From Xylella taiwanensis (GTDB taxonomy: Bacteria; Pseudomonadota; Gammaproteobacteria; Xanthomonadales; Xanthomonadaceae), in contig NZ_CP053627.1 in the NCBI RefSeq assembly GCF_013177435.1, positions 1,770,001 through 1,802,000 on the forward strand: a stretch of 32,000 nt of DNA, given 5' to 3'. Below are positions 29,371 through 32,000 of this stretch, in pieces. Within the stretch, counting starts at the first letter, position 1, and every line of letters starts with the position of its first letter. The notes under the pieces were generated by a model. It did no database searches, had not been told where the DNA came from, and saw only the letters and a program-made list of their open reading frames with translations. A program made the position numbers and the translations under genes.

Positions 29371-30039
29371 TCAAATTCGGTAAGCGACGATTCTCATAAA
29401 ATGTGCGGCCCACGCCATTGCCACTGGAATCGGTGACGGCAACAAGCGTGCACCGGCTTGTTCAGCTTGTTCAGCATGGCGAGCCTCATCAGCCTTCATT
29501 ACCCGGAGGATCTCACGACTACGAGTATCGACATCTGGGAAAGTCTGCAAGTGCTTATCCAAATGCGCCTCGACTTGACGCTCTGTCTCGACCACAAAGC
29601 CCAAACTCCACGGATCACCAACCAATCCAGCAAAAACACCCAACACATAGCTGCCAGCGTACCAGAGTGGATTGAACAAGCTTGGTCTGCTTTCCAATTC
29701 CTGCAATCGATCTGAGCACCAAGCCAAATGATCCGTTTCCTCCTGAGCCGCTTTCAGCAAGTGCTGACGCAATTCCTCCTTGCGTGCCACCGCAACCTGA
29801 CCAAAGTACAGCCCCTGGGCACAGACCTCGCCGACATGGTTGATTCGCATTAGTCCAGCAGCATGTCGACGATCCTTGGGGGACAGTAACGGATTAGGGA
29901 GAGCATTGGCAGGACTGGGACGCTGCGCAACCGGATGACCGAAGACAACCTCCAACACACGCTGAGTCTCTATCAACAACGAGTCCAGATGGATGTGGCA
30001 GCGTGTCGAAAGATTAGTGTCCATGGCCAACATTGTCAC
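29371..30039 (-). CDS. coq7: Di-iron ubiquinone-biosynthesis hydroxylase Coq7
   Basis: GLMRINHVGEVCAQGLY, QEETDHLAW, GFVVETERQV, ADEARHAEQA (paired E..H iron ligands) and the terminal YRI, as in Pseudomonas Coq7. Three possible ATG starts (M1/M3/M6). Confidence 0.9.
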   Translation of the reverse strand: MTMLAMDTNLSTRCHIHLDSLLIETQRVLEVVFGHPVAQRPSPANALPNPLLSPKDRRHAAGLMRINHVGEVCAQGLYFGQVAVARKEELRQHLLKAAQEETDHLAWCSDRLQELESRPSLFNPLWYAGSYVLGVFAGLVGDPWSLGFVVETERQVEAHLDKHLQTFPDVDTRSREILRVMKADEARHAEQAEQAGARLLPSPIPVAMAWAAHFMRIVAYRI

Positions 30040-30076
30040 AGCATCACTATTGTCTTGCCAACACGGTTAAAGGCAC

Positions 30077-30105
30077 TTGCACATACACCAAGACTCAAGT
30101 AGGAT
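30077..30105 (+). promoter_or_regulatory. Candidate sigma70 promoter for rplM-rpsI
   Basis: TTGCAC, a 17-nt spacer, then TAGGAT, about 88 nt upstream of the rplM ATG. This is pattern matching only. Confidence 0.25.
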
Positions 30106-30192
30106 TCGTGCACTAATTTTAACAACGCGTGGCAGAGTTCCCTCAAGTCCATCAGATGGAATGCGCTCGACAACCAATAAAAAGTTTTCTCA

Positions 30193-30621
30193 ATGATTAC
30201 GTTCACTGCCAAGAACGAGACTATCCAGCGGGACTGGTATCTCGTTGATGCCGAAGGCAAGACGCTCGGGCGTCTTGCGACACAATTGGCCCGCCGCCTA
30301 CTGGGCAAGAACAAACCTGTCTACACTCCTCATGTTGATACTGGGGATTACTTGGTTGTGATTAATGCCGAGAAAATCGTTGTTACCGGTAAGAAACTCA
30401 CCGATAAGCATTACCACCGTTTCACTGGCTATATAGGCAATCTTAAAAGTGAGAGCCTCGGTCAGGCGCTTCAACGCCATCCGGAGCGAGTGATTGAGAT
30501 TGCCGTCAAAGGTATGCTTCCGAAGGGACCGCTGGGCCGCGCTATGTACCGCAAGCTTAAAGTCTACGCAGGTTCGGAGCATCCACACGCCGCACAGCAG
30601 CCGCAAGTTCTGGACATATAA
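30193..30621 (+). CDS. rplM: 50S ribosomal protein L13
   Basis: 142 aa, near-collinear with E. coli RplM ([17 protein letters not shown]...PHVDTGDY...[18 protein letters not shown]...AQQPQVLDI). Confidence 0.97.
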   Translation: MITFTAKNETIQRDWYLVDAEGKTLGRLATQLARRLLGKNKPVYTPHVDTGDYLVVINAEKIVVTGKKLTDKHYHRFTGYIGNLKSESLGQALQRHPERVIEIAVKGMLPKGPLGRAMYRKLKVYAGSEHPHAAQQPQVLDI

Positions 30622-30624
30622 ATA

Positions 30625-31017
30625 ATGCCTATCACGCAAAGCTACGGTACTGGTCGCCGTAAATCCTCCTCTGCACGCGTGTTTCTACGCAAAGGGTCCG
30701 GGCGCATCAGCGTCAATGGTCGTTCTCTGGATGAGTTCTTCGGGCGGGAAACCGCACGCATGATAGTCCGCCAGCCGCTTGAGTTAACCAAAAATACCGG
30801 AAACTTCGATATTTTAATCACTGCCACTGGGGGAGGTACCACTGGCCAAGCAGGTGCGATTCGTCTTGGTATTGCACGTGCATTAGTCGAGTATGATGCG
30901 TCTCTAAAACCTGAGTTACGCAAGGCTGGCTTCATGACTCGTGATGCCCGTGAAGTCGAACGCAAGAAAGTCGGTCTCCACAAAGCCCGCCGCGCCACGC
31001 AGTTTTCTAAGCGTTGA
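30625..31017 (+). CDS. rpsI: 30S ribosomal protein S9
   Basis: 130 aa: [15 protein letters not shown]...[19 protein letters not shown]...[23 protein letters not shown]. Confidence 0.97.
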   Translation: MPITQSYGTGRRKSSSARVFLRKGSGRISVNGRSLDEFFGRETARMIVRQPLELTKNTGNFDILITATGGGTTGQAGAIRLGIARALVEYDASLKPELRKAGFMTRDAREVERKKVGLHKARRATQFSKR

Positions 31018-31085
31018 TGCCATCGCCACAGTCGATCTGAACGGCTCTCTGTTTTCTGCAACGCTTATTCAGGTGAAGAATAAAA

Positions 31086-31117
31086 GCGGCACCTCACCTT
31101 ATTTGAGGTGCCTTTTG
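31086..31117. terminator. Bidirectional rho-independent terminator between convergent rpsI and gltA
   Basis: Stem ggcacctca / tgaggtgcc (31088-31096 / 31104-31112). It is flanked by tttt on the plus strand and gcttttattctt on the minus strand. Confidence 0.75.
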
Positions 31118-31140
31118 AGGCGACTTAGTTTTAACCTCTA

Positions 31141-32000
31141 TCATCTGAGAAGCACAGCTGAAGAACTTCTTTGACTGGGATCTTTGTAGTTACGCTCCCC
31201 ATAACCTGTATATATTTGGCGTGGGCGGCTGATTTTCATCTCCGGGTCAACCTGCTGCTCTAGCCAATGCGAAACCCAGCCTGCGGTACGTGCAATGGCA
31301 AACATCACTGTAAACATTTCCAACGGAATGTTGAGAGCTTTGTAGATGATGCCCGAATAAAAATCAACGTTGGGGTACAGCTTGCGTTCCACGAAGTAAT
31401 CGTCTTTCAGCACAGCCTCTTCCAACTTCAATGCTACTTCCAGTAGTGGATCGTGAACACCCAGCTCACTAAGGACCTTGTGAGTCATCTCACGAATGAT
31501 TTTTGCACGCGGATCAAAATGTTTGTAGACACGATGGCCGAAACCCATCAAACGGAACGGAGAGTTCTTGTCCTTGGTTTTTGCTTTGGCAACAATAGAA
31601 TCAACGTTCTTGGCATTTCCAATCTCCTCTAACATCTTTAACACGGCCTCGTTAGCACCACCGTGTGCTGGACCCCAGAGTGCGGCGATACCCGCAGCAA
31701 CCGAGGCATAAGGATTAGCACCAGTCGAACCCACTAAGCGGACCGTTGATGTCGAAGCGTTCTGCTCATGGTCGGCATGCAAAATGAACAGCAACTCCAG
31801 AGCTTTGGCCACGACTGGATTCAGCTGCAGCGGTTCACTCGGCACTTCGAACATCATATGTAAAAAGCGCTCGACATAACCAAGATTGTTTCGTGGATAA
31901 CGGATCGGCCAGCCGATCGAGTAGCGGTGGGCTGCTGCTGCGAGGGTTGGCACTTTGGCGATCAGACGAACTGCAGCTTGGCGACGTTGCTCAAGATCGT
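31141..32000 (-). CDS. gltA: Citrate synthase, 3' part (N-terminus lies beyond the right window edge)
   Basis: [49 protein letters not shown]. The frame stays open upstream of the track start to position 32000 (...[21 protein letters not shown]), matching E. coli GltA. Confidence 0.93.
   Translation of the reverse strand, partial: DLEQRRQAAVRLIAKVPTLAAAAHRYSIGWPIRYPRNNLGYVERFLHMMFEVPSEPLQLNPVVAKALELLFILHADHEQNASTSTVRLVGSTGANPYASVAAGIAALWGPAHGGANEAVLKMLEEIGNAKNVDSIVAKAKTKDKNSPFRLMGFGHRVYKHFDPRAKIIREMTHKVLSELGVHDPLLEVALKLEEAVLKDDYFVERKLYPNVDFYSGIIYKALNIPLEMFTVMFAIARTAGWVSHWLEQQVDPEMKISRPRQIYTGYGERNYKDPSQRSSSAVLLR

Overview
This window reads as a chromosomal core region of a Xanthomonadaceae genome. 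It looks Xylella-like: mid-GC, many decayed intergenic stretches, and a Clp protein almost collinear with Xanthomonas Clp. The taxon is an inference. Housekeeping genes I can recognise from the translations are ugd (5' part), a secreted Mip-like FKBP isomerase, glutathione peroxidase, an ABC ATPase plus ABC-2 permease pair, a lipoprotein, fumC, purB, roxA/ycfD, the sucA-sucB-lpdA operon, a glycine-zipper outer-membrane lipoprotein, tcdA, clp, speD, coq7, rplM-rpsI and gltA (3' part). I saw no tRNA, rRNA or CRISPR array. The unusual part is the AT-rich, gene-poor patchwork between the lpdA terminator (about 20.37 kb) and clp (27.49 kb). It holds a recombinase-like gene relic with a diverged second copy at 2.6 kb, an rve-type transposase relic, and a compact minus-strand locus at 26.1-27.2 kb. 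That locus has two tandem peptide genes with strong ribosome-binding sites. Both peptides have MREL...VDG(A/Q) double-glycine-type leaders and glycine-zipper bodies, so they look microcin/colicin-V-like and could form a two-peptide bacteriocin. Directly upstream is a TGA-interrupted frame whose Cys...His...Asp spacing resembles a C39/papain-like leader peptidase. Downstream are two hairpins. A CRP/Clp-like half-palindrome lies upstream, next to clp itself. A second oddity is a 430-bp AT-rich insert inside the sucB-lpdA junction. It carries a membrane-anchored coiled-coil ORF split by one in-frame TGA. All functional calls come from reading translations by eye; no database search was possible.
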